DNA of 64,000 nt, from assembly GCA_951804945.1 (NCBI GenBank), contig OX638162.1, positions 29,698,001 through 29,762,000 on the forward strand. The letters run 5' to 3'. The notes beneath the pieces are model-generated. The model was not told the origin of the DNA, ran no database searches, and worked only from the letters and a program-made list of their open reading frames with translations. A program made the translations under genes and the position numbers. Numbering within the stretch: the stretch's first letter is position 1; each line of letters begins with the position of its first letter. Shown piece by piece: positions 1-11,319 of the stretch. The DNA comes from Podarcis cretensis. Taxonomy: Eukaryota.

Positions 1-1499
1 TATGCAGCTGACCTGGGATAACAACCAGCAGACATTGGAAATTAAAAGGAAGCTGTATGGCTGTTTGAGATTAAGGGAGCTACACAAAGTGAAAGCGTCC
101 TGAGCCTGAATGTGATTATTGTGTCATAGGCCAATTACACAAGCTATTAGGCTGCCTTGATCCCGATACATGCACATGTTTTTTGCAGCTATTTTCCATG
201 GCAGTCCATAGCCAGGGTTTGAACTCAGGACGTATGCTGAGTCTCTGCTTTTTCCAGCTTAGCTATGGCTACATGCAAAGCTGGTCTACGGGTCTGAAGG
301 AGAAGAAAAGAGGGGGATACCCTAGGAAATTAATACAATTGCTCCATCATGGCACTTCTGTGTCCGGCTGCCTGGAACAAGGGGCCAGGCCTGCAGTCTT
401 GCTGTGCCATCCTTTTCTCACCTAAAACTATTCTTCCCACCCAGGCCTCCAAAATAGGAGCCTTTACATCTCCCTAACGTCCAGGTGCTGTATCCTTTTT
501 ATGATGTTGCTACTAATCCCCACACAAGGGGGGCGGTGCCAACCACAGTCTTGCCACTGTCAGCTCCATTATTCCCCCTTTACGTGTGGCATCCCTTATC
601 CCCTGCAAAAGGCTTTTCCCAAACACTTTGTGCATGGCTGTTGCAGAGGAAGCATTGTTTTGCCAGCAGGGCTTAAATCCTGCATGGGGCAGAGAGCTCT
701 TTGCACAGGCTTCTTATCCACAAGTACCTGGTTGGCTTGTGCAGGGAAAGACAATATAGCTTGTTCTGGTAGCATAGCCAGGGTTGGGTAGCCCCACAAG
801 GTCACCTGAAAATTCTATGCAGTGCTAGGAGCTTTCCTTGCCTGGCTGGAGATGTGTTGTTGGTGAGCATAATCTTTGTGGTTGGTGGCAGAATTGCCAG
901 GCCTGCTGTGGTGGGTGTGTCTATTCAGTGTTGCTGTTGACTCTGCTGCTGGTTCACCAGAGGAGGAGCGTGACTATGTTATGCTTGGCAGTAGCTGTGG
1001 CCTAGCAGCTGCTGGGGGAGCACAAGGGCCATCTGATGGCCCTGCGTTTGGAGCACTTCAGTGTAGAGGTTTATAAAACTATAAATGAGAAAAGCATGAA
1101 TGGAGGGTAGTTTTTCTTTTCTAGTAAACAGAACTTGCAGGGTCATCTATTGACAGTGATAGCCAAGCAGGATCAAGAGGCAAAGGCTTGTCTCTGGCTG
1201 CCTCACACACAGAACCCATTAGAAGTCCCACCTAGCCCCAGACATGGAAGGTTATTAGAGACAATTAAAGGGGCCCTTTTGGGGCACCCCTCCTCACCTG
1301 TGCAAAGGCCTGGCTGGGTGCACTTGCACACCTCGCTAAGAGAGACCAGGGTGGGAGATTGGGGGGGGGGGATTCTGTGGTGCTGGGAAAGGAGGGCAGA
1401 GAAAGAGAGGGAGAAGCTCTGTGGGGAGGAGGGAGAGAAAAGGAAACTTGGCCAGGGCCGGAGAGAGAGGAAGTGCGAAAACAAAAGCGAGATAAAAGG

Positions 1500-1803
1500 G
1501 GCTGCTGCTGCTGCTGCTGCTGCTCTCGCTCTCCCTCCTCTGCGCCTTTCTTTTTCTCTCTCCCTTTTTCTCAGAGCTGGGTTAGGAGGGGCTGTTTTGC
1601 ATCCCTTCACGTCAGCCCTGCCTCATTCCCTTCTTCCTTCCTGCTAGAGAGCGAGAGAGAGAAAAGAGAAAGGGAACTGCGAGCAAGCGAGGAGCCGGCA
1701 GCACCCAGACGAGGATCTGCCCCAGAAGGAGAGGTGAAGCGGCCTCCCTTGCCTGCCTGCCCGTTACCCGCCCCCCTTGCCAAGCCTCTTCGCGAGTCCC
1801 AGG
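1500..1803 (+). other. ZNF710: Probable non-coding first exon of ZNF710 (start approximate)
   Basis: Donor GTGAGT at 1804; the ATG lies in the next exon (24530), consistent with a 5' UTR exon and a long first intron. Confidence 0.55.
1501..1524 (+). repeat. (GCT)8 trinucleotide microsatellite
   Basis: Direct reading. Confidence 0.95.
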
Positions 1804-3782
1804 GTGAGTTCGCCTCAGCCCCAGCCAGCTGAGCCAAGCCCTCTCTTCCCGGGCCGGAGAGGAGGCGGGCGCCGAAAGCCCCGCGGGAGGCCCGGTGGGC
1901 TGCCCCAACCGCTGCCGCCTCTATCCATCCCGGCGCTCTAATGCCAGAGCAGGGAGAGAGAGAAAAGAGTGATGGCGTCTGGAGAAGGAGGGAGGGAAAG
2001 AAGGAAGGAAGGAAGGAAGGATAGAAAGAAGGGGGAGGAGGGAGAGGAGGACGCACAACTGGGCTTGGATTGCGGCGCTTCTTGTCTTGCTGGGGCTCAC
2101 AGCACGTGGGGGCTAACACTCGAGGAGCCTCCCCCACATCCTTGTTGCTCGCTTGCAACTTTCCCCTCCTCTTGCTGCTTTACAACACAAAGTTTTGCTC
2201 TGCAGGGAGCCGATCCGGGGAGGAGGGAGGGAAGCAGGCAGCGGCAACAGCGGGAGGGGAGTCTCGGGAGGTGCCGGCGTGGAGCTGATGGAGTGGACCC
2301 CTCTTCGGTTGGTCGGCTTGCAGGAGGAGGCAGCCGGTGGGTTACCTGTTGCCGTCTCTGCTGTGCTTGGCCATAGGGGGACGAGGCCCTCGTTCTCGAA
2401 CCGCCCCTGGAGAGGGAAGTGCCGGCTGGACTTTCCCATTCTGTGCCTGGCCGCGGTGAACTTTCCCTTTAACAATCCTCCGGATAGGATTGGAGGGGAC
2501 GGAAAGAAACTGGAGGGGGACGGACCTGCTCCCTTGCATGTTGGCGGAGGCTCAGTAGTAGCGGGGTTTGCTCTCTTGGAAAGCGCGCCGCCTCAAACTG
2601 CAGCCTGCGGATAGTGCCTGAAGCTTCTCTGCCTGCTGTTGACTGGCCTTGCCAAAGAGCTACGAAGCAGCTTTCCTGGAGCGGTGGCTGCAAAGGAAGG
2701 GGGGGACTTTGCTCTTTGTCTGCCCAACCCCTTTGCCTTCCGTTAACTCTAACATATGAGAATGTGTTTTTCCTTGACTGATTCCGTGGACTCGCCTGTG
2801 TTGGGATCTGCGCTGTTCAATGGGAGTCATTCTGTGCAGCATCTTTGCTTTCTCTCTCCTTGACTGCCCTGCTGAGGTCTGTGTCATTGAGATGGTTCTT
2901 AAAAATACTCAGAGGTGTTGCCCATAGAAGCTGCTCTTGCAGAGTGGGCTGGTCTGTGCTCTTGGGCACCTTCCTCAGCCCTGTCCATGTCCCTTCCTCT
3001 CCCACTTCCAGAACTATCTGAAGAATTTAGTACTATCTAGATACTGTGAGGAAACTAGTGGTGGGAAAGCAGCAGATGATTCTGTTGATGGATGGTGACC
3101 TCTCCAATGATGATTCCCCCACACACACCGCCCCCCCCCCAAAAAAAAACCCACTGGCAACATAAAATGTTTATCTCAGAAATGCTTCAGCTGCAGTTGT
3201 CTCCTTGAATGGAGGGTATGGTCCTTGCAGTATAGGCTAAACAGTGTGAACAACAAAAACTCACATCTAAATTCTAAAGTGTTGTTGGCACTTGAGTATC
3301 AGGTATGCACTGTGTGGGGCACCCCAGATGGATTGCAGAAGGCAGCACAGAAAAGGTTGCTTGCTTGCCATCTTCCAAGGACTGTCTCAAAGCAACTCTG
3401 TCCTGGCAGAAAATCAAAGATTCGCCTTTTAATCAATGCAACCTTAGACTTCCGATCTGCTTTTGGAATGGTGTCTGTAACTCTTTAAGCTACATTTGCA
3501 ACTGGCTGTGACTGTAAAATGACTGCCTGGTGAAGATGGTGCCTCCTTCCTGACATAGCTTGAGAGGAAAACTCTAACAAGGGAGGGTGTTTCATAGGAA
3601 GGTAGCAATACCTATGGTATTAGATAAGTTATTAGATAATGTATACCTCTAAAGCAAGGATTTCATTTCCCCATATAGAGTATGCTACTGTTTTTGTTAA
3701 TAATCGTCGTACTTGTATGCAACTGTTCCTAAAGCACTTTGCATATATCAAGGGTGGGGAACCTGTGGATGTTCTGGTGTTA

Positions 3783-3990
3783 AGAACATAAGAAGAGCCT
3801 GGCTGCTGGATCAAGCCAATGATCCATCTAGTTGAGCACCTTGTTCTCACAGTGGCCATCCAAATGCCTCTGGGAAGCCCGCAAACAAGACCTAAGTGCA
3901 TCAGTGCTCTCCCAGCTCTGTACTCCCAACTCCCATCATATTTGTCCCTGCCAGCAGGAGCTGATTGGAGCTGCAACAACATCTGGAGGC
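3783..3990 (-). mobile_element. CR1-type LINE 3' UTR fragment
   Basis: Reverse complement resembles the 57640-57930 family, with GCTCTTCTTATGTTCTT-type tail. Confidence 0.55.
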
Positions 3991-4526
3991 TCACAGGTTC
4001 CCCACCCCCGACATACATTATCTCAGTAATCATTACTCCCTTATGGAACTGAGGCTCAGAGAGAATACCATGGGTCGGCCTCAAGAGGTCAGTGCCTTTT
4101 CCTTATGGAGCTCAGAGATGGTCTACTGTGTGAAATAGCTTGCTGTTTAATAGCTTTTCATGTCATTGGAAGGTGACGTTCCTATGAGAAATGCTTAGAA
4201 TCATAGAACTGTAGAGTTGGAAGGGACCCAGTTGTCTAAAATGGTGCATTACTTTTCCAAAAGCGTGCACACACCTTTCTCTCCTTTTAAAGTTTTCCTT
4301 TATTCTTGCAGTAGAATCTTTATAACTGGAGTGTGTCTAAAACATTTCCACATATTAGAAAAGATGTTGAAAGTTCACTGGAGACTTTTGAAATGTTTTT
4401 GTTTTTTTCTGTTTGGGGTGCTACAAAGTTTTCTTGGTGTAGAATTTAAGGTTAACCAGAAAAAGGGAGAGAGAGATTGTTCAGGGCTAAGCTGTAGGGC
4501 AGTGGTTCTTGAACTGTTGGGGGGGA

Positions 4527-4848
4527 GGGCCATACTTCAGTGGCAGAGCATCTGCATTGCATGCAGAAGGCGTCAGGTTCAATCCCCAGCATCTCCAGGT
4601 AGGGCCAGGAAAAGTCATTGTAAATACTGAACTACATGAACCAATTACCCGGCTCACAATAGTGAAAGGCTGTAGCTTACTGTATAACAACTGTTTTGCG
4701 TGCAGAAGGTCCCAGGTGCAGTCCCCAGCATCTCCAGATAGAGCTAGGAAAAAACCCTGCATGAAAGCCTGGAAAGTTGCTGCCTACCAGTGTAGAAAGT
4801 AGTGAGCTAGATGGACCAATGTTCTCTCAGTATATGGCAGCTTCATAT
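4527..4848 (+). mobile_element. Two adjacent tRNA-derived SINE copies (Squam3-like)
   Basis: tRNA-Ala-like head (CAGTGGCAGAGCAT...GGTTCAATCCCCAGCATCTCCA) occurs twice; the second is followed by the CTGGAGAGCTGCTGCCAGTC-type body. Confidence 0.7.
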
Positions 4849-4886
4849 ACCTGGGTGGTGTGGAGAATGAAGTTCCAGGAGGAATA

Positions 4887-5056
4887 ATAGAATTGTAGAG
4901 TTGGAAGAGATCCCGAGGGTCATCTAGTCCACACCCACCCATCCTGGTAATGCAGGAATCTCAACTAAAGCATACACAATAGATGGCCATCCAACTTCTG
5001 CTTAAAAACCTCCAAGGAAGGAGAGTCTTACCACCTCCTGAGGCAGACCGTTCCAT
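4887..5056 (-). mobile_element. CR1 LINE 3' end fragment
   Basis: Reverse complement matches the CR1 tail seen at 58090-58316. Confidence 0.65.
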
Positions 5057-5646
5057 GGAGCCCAATTAAACTTTTGAGTATACCTGCAGAGCATGAGTTC
5101 TCAAACTTTCTACCCCCAGGGCCCGCTTGAGACATCTGAAAATTACTGAGACCCACCAGTCACAAAGTGGTAGGAGGTGGAAGCTGAGTTTGGCATAGCA
5201 GTTACGGACATTTTCTGATATCTAATCCATATTTGGAAATTGCTAGATTCTATGCCATTGACATTTCCTCATGGCAAGGAGTTCCACAGCTCAGTTTTCC
5301 TTAAGCTAAGTACAGACATCTGCTCTGGTGAGATTGTGAGGTCTTCTCTTTGTTTTTTAGGCAGAATATGCTAATCTAGAGGCTCTTAAATACAGAATAC
5401 CTTTCTTTCCCTTTCCCTTTCCCTTTCCTTTCTCCTTCTGCCCTCACATGCCTCTCAGAGTATTTTTACTCTTCTCCTGTAATTTTATCTTCCATTCTCC
5501 TGCCACACTCAACTTGAACCTTATTCCTTCCTCTCCCCCACAAAAGTGCCATTTTTAATCTCTCCTCTCTAGCCCTGTTACATTCACTCTAACATTCCTT
5601 CTCCTACATTCCTCCTCTCTTATCCCCTTCCTTTCTATTTCCAGTT

Positions 5647-5670
5647 ATCATCATCATCATCATCATCATC
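5647..5670 (+). repeat. (ATC)8 microsatellite
   Basis: Direct reading. Confidence 0.9.
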
Positions 5671-8600
5671 AGTAATATGTAATTTTGTAACAACATTTTA
5701 TATCACTAGCTAATTTCCTTCAACACCTCCTCTGGCCCTTTCCCATCAGAGGAAGTAAGCCTTCTTCCTTCTTCCCACCCCTCTCTCCTGACCACCTTTA
5801 ATCAGCATATAAGTTGCTGGTGCTGGTCCAACCAATAACTATGGCATGGCTAGGGGCCAGAGGGAGGCCAGTCAGGAGACAGTGGGCAAGCTGTGGCTCT
5901 GAGACCGACCTGAAAGTGCTCAGTGTAGCAAGAATGGCTTCTGTAAGGAAAGGGTTGGCAGTCACTGCTTCTTGCCTTGATACCATTATGCTAGGTTCTC
6001 CCAGGGAGGAGTTTCACTTTCTCTTGGTCCTCAAAGCAGCTACAGCTGCAGCTTAAAGCATCAGTTAAAGGTGGGGAACCGTTATCAAGAATTCAGGATG
6101 TGAAACTGTCACATAGAATTCCACTAACTTAGCTTCAGGAGCAGAAACACACAAGCATGTGATATTGTAGTTGGTTTCCCAGCAAAACATTTAAAATGCT
6201 TTCAGTGTATCCAAGAAGATAATATTGGACCTGTCAGTGAAGGTCTGGTCTGCAGTTTTGGTGGCTATCCCAAGTGATCAAATGCAGGAATGAAAAGGAC
6301 GGAAGGAAGGAAGGAAGGAAGGAGGGAGTGCTAGAATTACAGAAGGAAGAATGCTAGCTTGTTCTAATTTTATCTTTCCTGTTTCGCTGTCTGTCTTGTG
6401 TTGCCGGTGCATGTACTCAAATATTTTACAGTATTCCTGCCACAAACACATTTTCTGTCTTTCTGTTATCTTCACAGATACGTACTTTGGTGTAATTTCC
6501 TTCAAGTTGCATAGACACTAGGTCTTCTCAGTCCCATCAGCTTTGTAGCTGTTTTGCTCTGAGGTTTTCCTTCCTATCCCTTCCCCCTGCCTGTCCAGCT
6601 GAAAAATGTTGAGAACTGCTATACAACCGCCCCCCCCCCCCCAGTTCCTTAGCCATGTCTGCAGTGGGGAGGGGGAGTGTTTCCATGGGAGCTATTCCCC
6701 TCCCAGGATCCAGTGTGCCAGCTGTTCTGTGGATCTTCTTACAGCCCTTGAGATTAAAGGCACTTTGGCTTCTGTGTGTTCCTGGGTAACAGCACTGAAA
6801 TTAAAAGAAGTGAGCCTATGGGAGAACAGAGCAATGTTTCCCTTGCAGAGGTCTTTGTTCACTAAACTTACTCTGCTGCTTTCTTGTTCTCAAAAACTAA
6901 AATATGGGTGTTTTCAAGCTTGCTGTCACATATGCACTCTGTTCTTTGGATGCTGAGTATTATTCCCACCTCTGCTTCTTATCAGCCTTTTGAGTTAATT
7001 CCCCTGTCACACCTGTTCCTTTTTCTAATATCTTCTTCTTGCCTGCCATTCTGTGGTCTGCAACCACTGACCAATATTTAGAAATATAAGCTCCAGGAGT
7101 ATTCTGGTCTCAAGATCATCTCCGACTGGCTTCCCGTTGCATGTGAACTTCCCTTCATTTTGAAAAAGTTTGATAATTAAATCCAACTTGGGATGGTGTG
7201 GAACAAGCAAAAAAAGTTCCATCAGAAATGTTCAAAAAAGTTTTTAACAACCCAAGACAGAGACTCTCCTACAGTTCATGGTTGTTGATCATTATGCCTT
7301 TGTTGTTTGAGCATAGTTCTTTAGTGCTTGCACAATAGAGTGTGAGCAGGTTGTGGTCTATTGGGGTTGCAGAACTATGCCCCAGATTGTGAAATCTGTG
7401 TCCCTGGAGGAGTTTGGAACCTCAGGAAAGCCTTGCTGGATAAGACCAAGAATTCACCTTGTTCATCATCCTGCCTCCAGCAGAAGCCGCTGCCAAACAG
7501 ATGTTCCTGGGGATCCCAGAAGCCCAGGCATGAAGGAAAGAGACCATTCCCACAGCTATGTGGACCCTTTGCCTCTTGAACATGGAGATACCAGTGGCTA
7601 ATAACAGTTGATAGGCCTCTCTGCCATGAATTTGTCATTGCTACATCTTGAGGCAGCAAAATCTGTGGATTAATTATGTGTTGTGAGAGGAGGTACTGCT
7701 TTCATCTATCCAGGCCCTACTGTCAATCAGTTTAATTGTTTCTAGTCTTGTGGGAAGTTTTCCATGAAATTTCAAATTTTCCCACTCCCCTAAATCACTT
7801 GAGATTTGACCTGGCATGTTTATTGGTTCATATTTAGGAAACAAGTGAAAACAAAATGCCATGTTAAATTTGTGTGCTGTAAATACCTCCGACAGTCAAA
7901 AGTAGTTGAACTGAAATATAAGGGTGAGGCAAATCCACAAAACACACTTGCAGCACAATCCTATAATCAAGTTAGGCCAAATGGGGGCTATAAGGTACAG
8001 TGGAAGGCCCACTGTCCTAGCATAAGTTGAAGATAATGTCTGTTGGACTAGAGATAACAGCAACACACCTGCAACACCAGCAGAACTCTTCTAGCATAAG
8101 CTCAAAACAATGCTGAGATGTGGATGGAACTGGGGAGAAGCAGAATTATGCCGAACCTTGTAGTGCTTCAGATGTTTTTCCTGCCCCAACGCTAGAAAAA
8201 AGTCCTGACCTCAACACCAACTACAGAATAGCTGTAGGTGAAATATCACCCACTCAGTAGACTGGAGTAAGAGCCACTGTTCCCCATACCCTTCTGCCCT
8301 ACTCATGATGCCACAGAATCTAATCACAGCACACCAATATCAGTGTCAAAAATCCCAGGGAGAAAAAGACCACAACTTAGATGACGGGGCATGAGACTTT
8401 ATTGCTCTGATCTCGTGTCATGCATATATAGAAAGAGCACAGTGGTAACACTTCTTTCCCAGACCTCTTACAGGTACTTTGTCTTGGGACTTCAGGTCAA
8501 AACACTCTATTCCCTCTCTCAAACTGGGGAGGCCAGAACAAAGCATCCCCACAAGCAAGCTAATAAGTTTAAGTGTTGCAGTTGTCTTCATCACCTCTTG

Positions 8601-10065
8601 CTGGAAGCCTCTTTCCTCTGGACCAGCGGGGAGCAGCATCTACCACCCAGGCAACATGAGGGTCAGCATGCAGAAGTGTTCTCTGCTGGAGGATGCTGAT
8701 CCTGCCCAAGAACTCTTCCCTTGCAGGATCACAGCCTGGACATAGGGAACAGCCGCTGCACACACGCTGCAAGCCCCCTGCAGGGGAAGGGGCGTGTATT
8801 GCCTACTTCTTAGGGGAAACTGAGGCAAGGGGGCTGGATGAGTGCTTAAGTGGAACCACTCCCTCTCTTGCTGTCATCCTCACAAGCACCACCTCTGCAT
8901 CCAGGGCCCACTTGTTCCAGTTGCTGATCACTGCTCATTACTCTCTGTGTGTCTCCCTTCACAGCTCTCTAACAGAGGAAGAGGACCTTCCTTATGCCCA
9001 GCTACATGCAGGCTTCCAGGAAAGCTGCACCTGCTGGGATTATCCTTTCTACACAACTATGAAGCCTTGCCCACTTTCCCACCTGACCACCCCACACTTC
9101 CAGTTCTTCCTCTGTAAGCAGAACAACTCCTGCTACTCTGCTGTCTGTCATGCAACTTTCAAAAGCACAGGAGCCCAGCTGGGGCTACCAGTCTGAATAC
9201 AGGCCTACGTTTGTTTAGGCCTCTATCTCACCCCCCCCCCCACTTCCCCAAAGGCTATTCAATAAAGGCTATAACTTTGCCATGTGTGGTATTTTTTTAT
9301 TACTAGGGATTCGCCATGTCCTCCCAATCTCAGTCCTGTTAAGCTGGCCTCAGGACGGGAGGGGGACTAGGAAGCATGTTCCTGTGGGATGGATTTTAAT
9401 GGATAGGAGAGGATATATTAATTGCAATTTATCTATCCAGGCACCACATGTGTAGGTTGAACAGAGTTTCAAAATCCCATCCTTGGCAGCAAAATTAAAA
9501 GCATAGGAATTAGGCTGCAATGTCTTATTTTGGGCAAGTCCAGCTGGCTTCCCCCTTCTTACCCTGCTTAGCAAAGAATCAGCCAACAACTTGCAAAGTT
9601 TAAAAATATAATTTACTCACATAATCTTGCATTGGTTCACAGCAATGGCAGTAGTAAAAACTATGCAGGAAAAAGATATATATACAATACAACGAGCTTC
9701 AGGCATGTGCCTAAAGCTGAAGCAAGCAGAGGCATGTCTGCATCCAATGCTGGTCAGAAGAAGGGAGGAGAGAGGAATAGGAAGCACTATATGCTCTTTC
9801 CTGTCCAGGAGAGGAAGGGAAATGACACCAATTGTCTACCAATTGTATTTCTATGGTCTGAGTATCTGCCTATCAGCAATACAGCTCTGTGGTATTCGCT
9901 CCTTCTTTTGCTAACTAGTAAGAATATGCTTTTTTTTAGGTTTGGCTGCTAATCTCCCACAGTTCCTGCAAGAGCTCAGGACTAATGACCCTTTCCACTC
10001 TCTGCCTACTTAGACTCCAGGCATCATTAGGGTGGCAGACCTCTCAGACTGTACTGAGGTCATCA

Positions 10066-10240
10066 ATCAGTGGTAGAGAATTCGCTTTGCATGCAGAATG
10101 TCTCAATCTCCAGTATCTCAAGGTAGTAATTGGAATGTCCCCTGTCTGAAACCCTGGAGAGCTGCTGCCAGTCAGTGTACACAACTCCAAGCTGAGTGGA
10201 TCAAGGTTGTGACTCAATATAAGACAGCTTCCTATGTTCC
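10066..10240 (+). mobile_element. tRNA-derived SINE (Squam3-like)
   Basis: TCAGTGGTAGAG head; GAAACCCTGGAGAGCTGCTGCCAGTCAGTGT body; CAGCTTCCTATGTTCC tail. Confidence 0.7.
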
Positions 10241-11164
10241 AACTTGGGTTGAGTGCTGCCACCATGATGTATGAGACAGTCAGTTGAGGTGAAAGGACTG
10301 TGAGACCTGCTGGGATGAAAGCCAGAAAACTGGGTCTGTCAGAGAAGCAGTATAGTGGCAGTTGCTTGGGTTGAGCCTGACATATTCATTCAAAATGCAT
10401 ATATTCTGCTTCATAGCCCTTAAGAGGCTCTCAAAGCAGTTTACAAAAGATCCTCTCATTCAAGTAAGTGTGGTACCAAGGAGCAGAACTAACATGTCCA
10501 TGCAGACCCTGTATGATTCAGTATTTCAGCTAAGGGATGACAAATGTCCTGTGATGTCTGCTCTGTCATTCCTCCTGGTACAGTTGGAAATCACACGTTT
10601 CCCAAATCCATACCATATGCCAGAGGTAACCAATGCAGTATCCTCCAGAAGTTGAACGGCCAGTGGTCAGGGAAGAGTCCAGCAACGCCTGGAGGACACC
10701 ATGTTGGCCAGGCCCAGGTGGAACTTGTCCTGTTAGAGTAAAGTTATAAACTCAAACACAAAAAAACCTGCTGGTCATTGGCGGAGGGCCCAGCCAGCTT
10801 AGCCCACTGTTACAACCACCCCAACCTCCAGATGTTTTGGATGGCAACTCCCATCAGCCCTCAGAAGTTATGAACTGAAACTCCTATTAGCTTCAGCCAT
10901 CATGGCTGTGCTCCCATCAGCTCCAGCATCCTACAGTTGTGGTGGCTGGAGCTGACATGGGAATTGTAGTTCAAACCATCTGGAGGGTACTCGGTTGGGG
11001 AAGGCTACTCTATTATGCATTTCTCAGTTTTCCAAACTAAGCTTTTATGGATTCCTTTTAAAAAGAAAAATTTTGAATACAGCAGATATAGGAAGTGTTA
11101 GTTTGTGCTCTTGGAAAGTCCATTGTGGTGGCTGCTCCAACCTGCTGAACTTGGCAAATCCTTT

Positions 11165-11319
11165 GTGTGATGGCTTAAGTTGTTGTGCAGACTCTTGCTG
11201 ATTTGAAATGCATTCTTGACTCCTATCTTTCTGCAGAGATCCTCCGTGTGATGGCTTAAGTTGTTGTGCAGACTCTTGCTGATTTGAAATGCATTCTTCA
11301 CTCCTATCTTTCTGCAGAG
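11165..11319. repeat. Tandem duplication, 2 x 74 bp (period 81)
   Basis: 11165-11238 and 11246-11319 differ at one position; 7-bp spacer ATCCTCC. Confidence 0.95.

Larger units (their letters stand above)
1440..2610 (+). promoter_or_regulatory. ZNF710: CpG island / promoter of ZNF710
   Basis: GC- and CpG-rich stretch; TATA-like GATAAAA at ~1491; strong donor AGG|GTGAGT at 1803/1804; nearest downstream plus-strand CDS is ZNF710. Confidence 0.7.

Noticed and set aside
1135-2693. Multiple ORFs at the ZNF710 promoter
   Set aside because: Low-complexity or CpG-island sequence with no recognisable domains
4527-4600. tRNA-Ala-like sequence (also 30755, 33118, 41186)
   Set aside because: Degenerate and continuous with SINE bodies; not a tRNA gene
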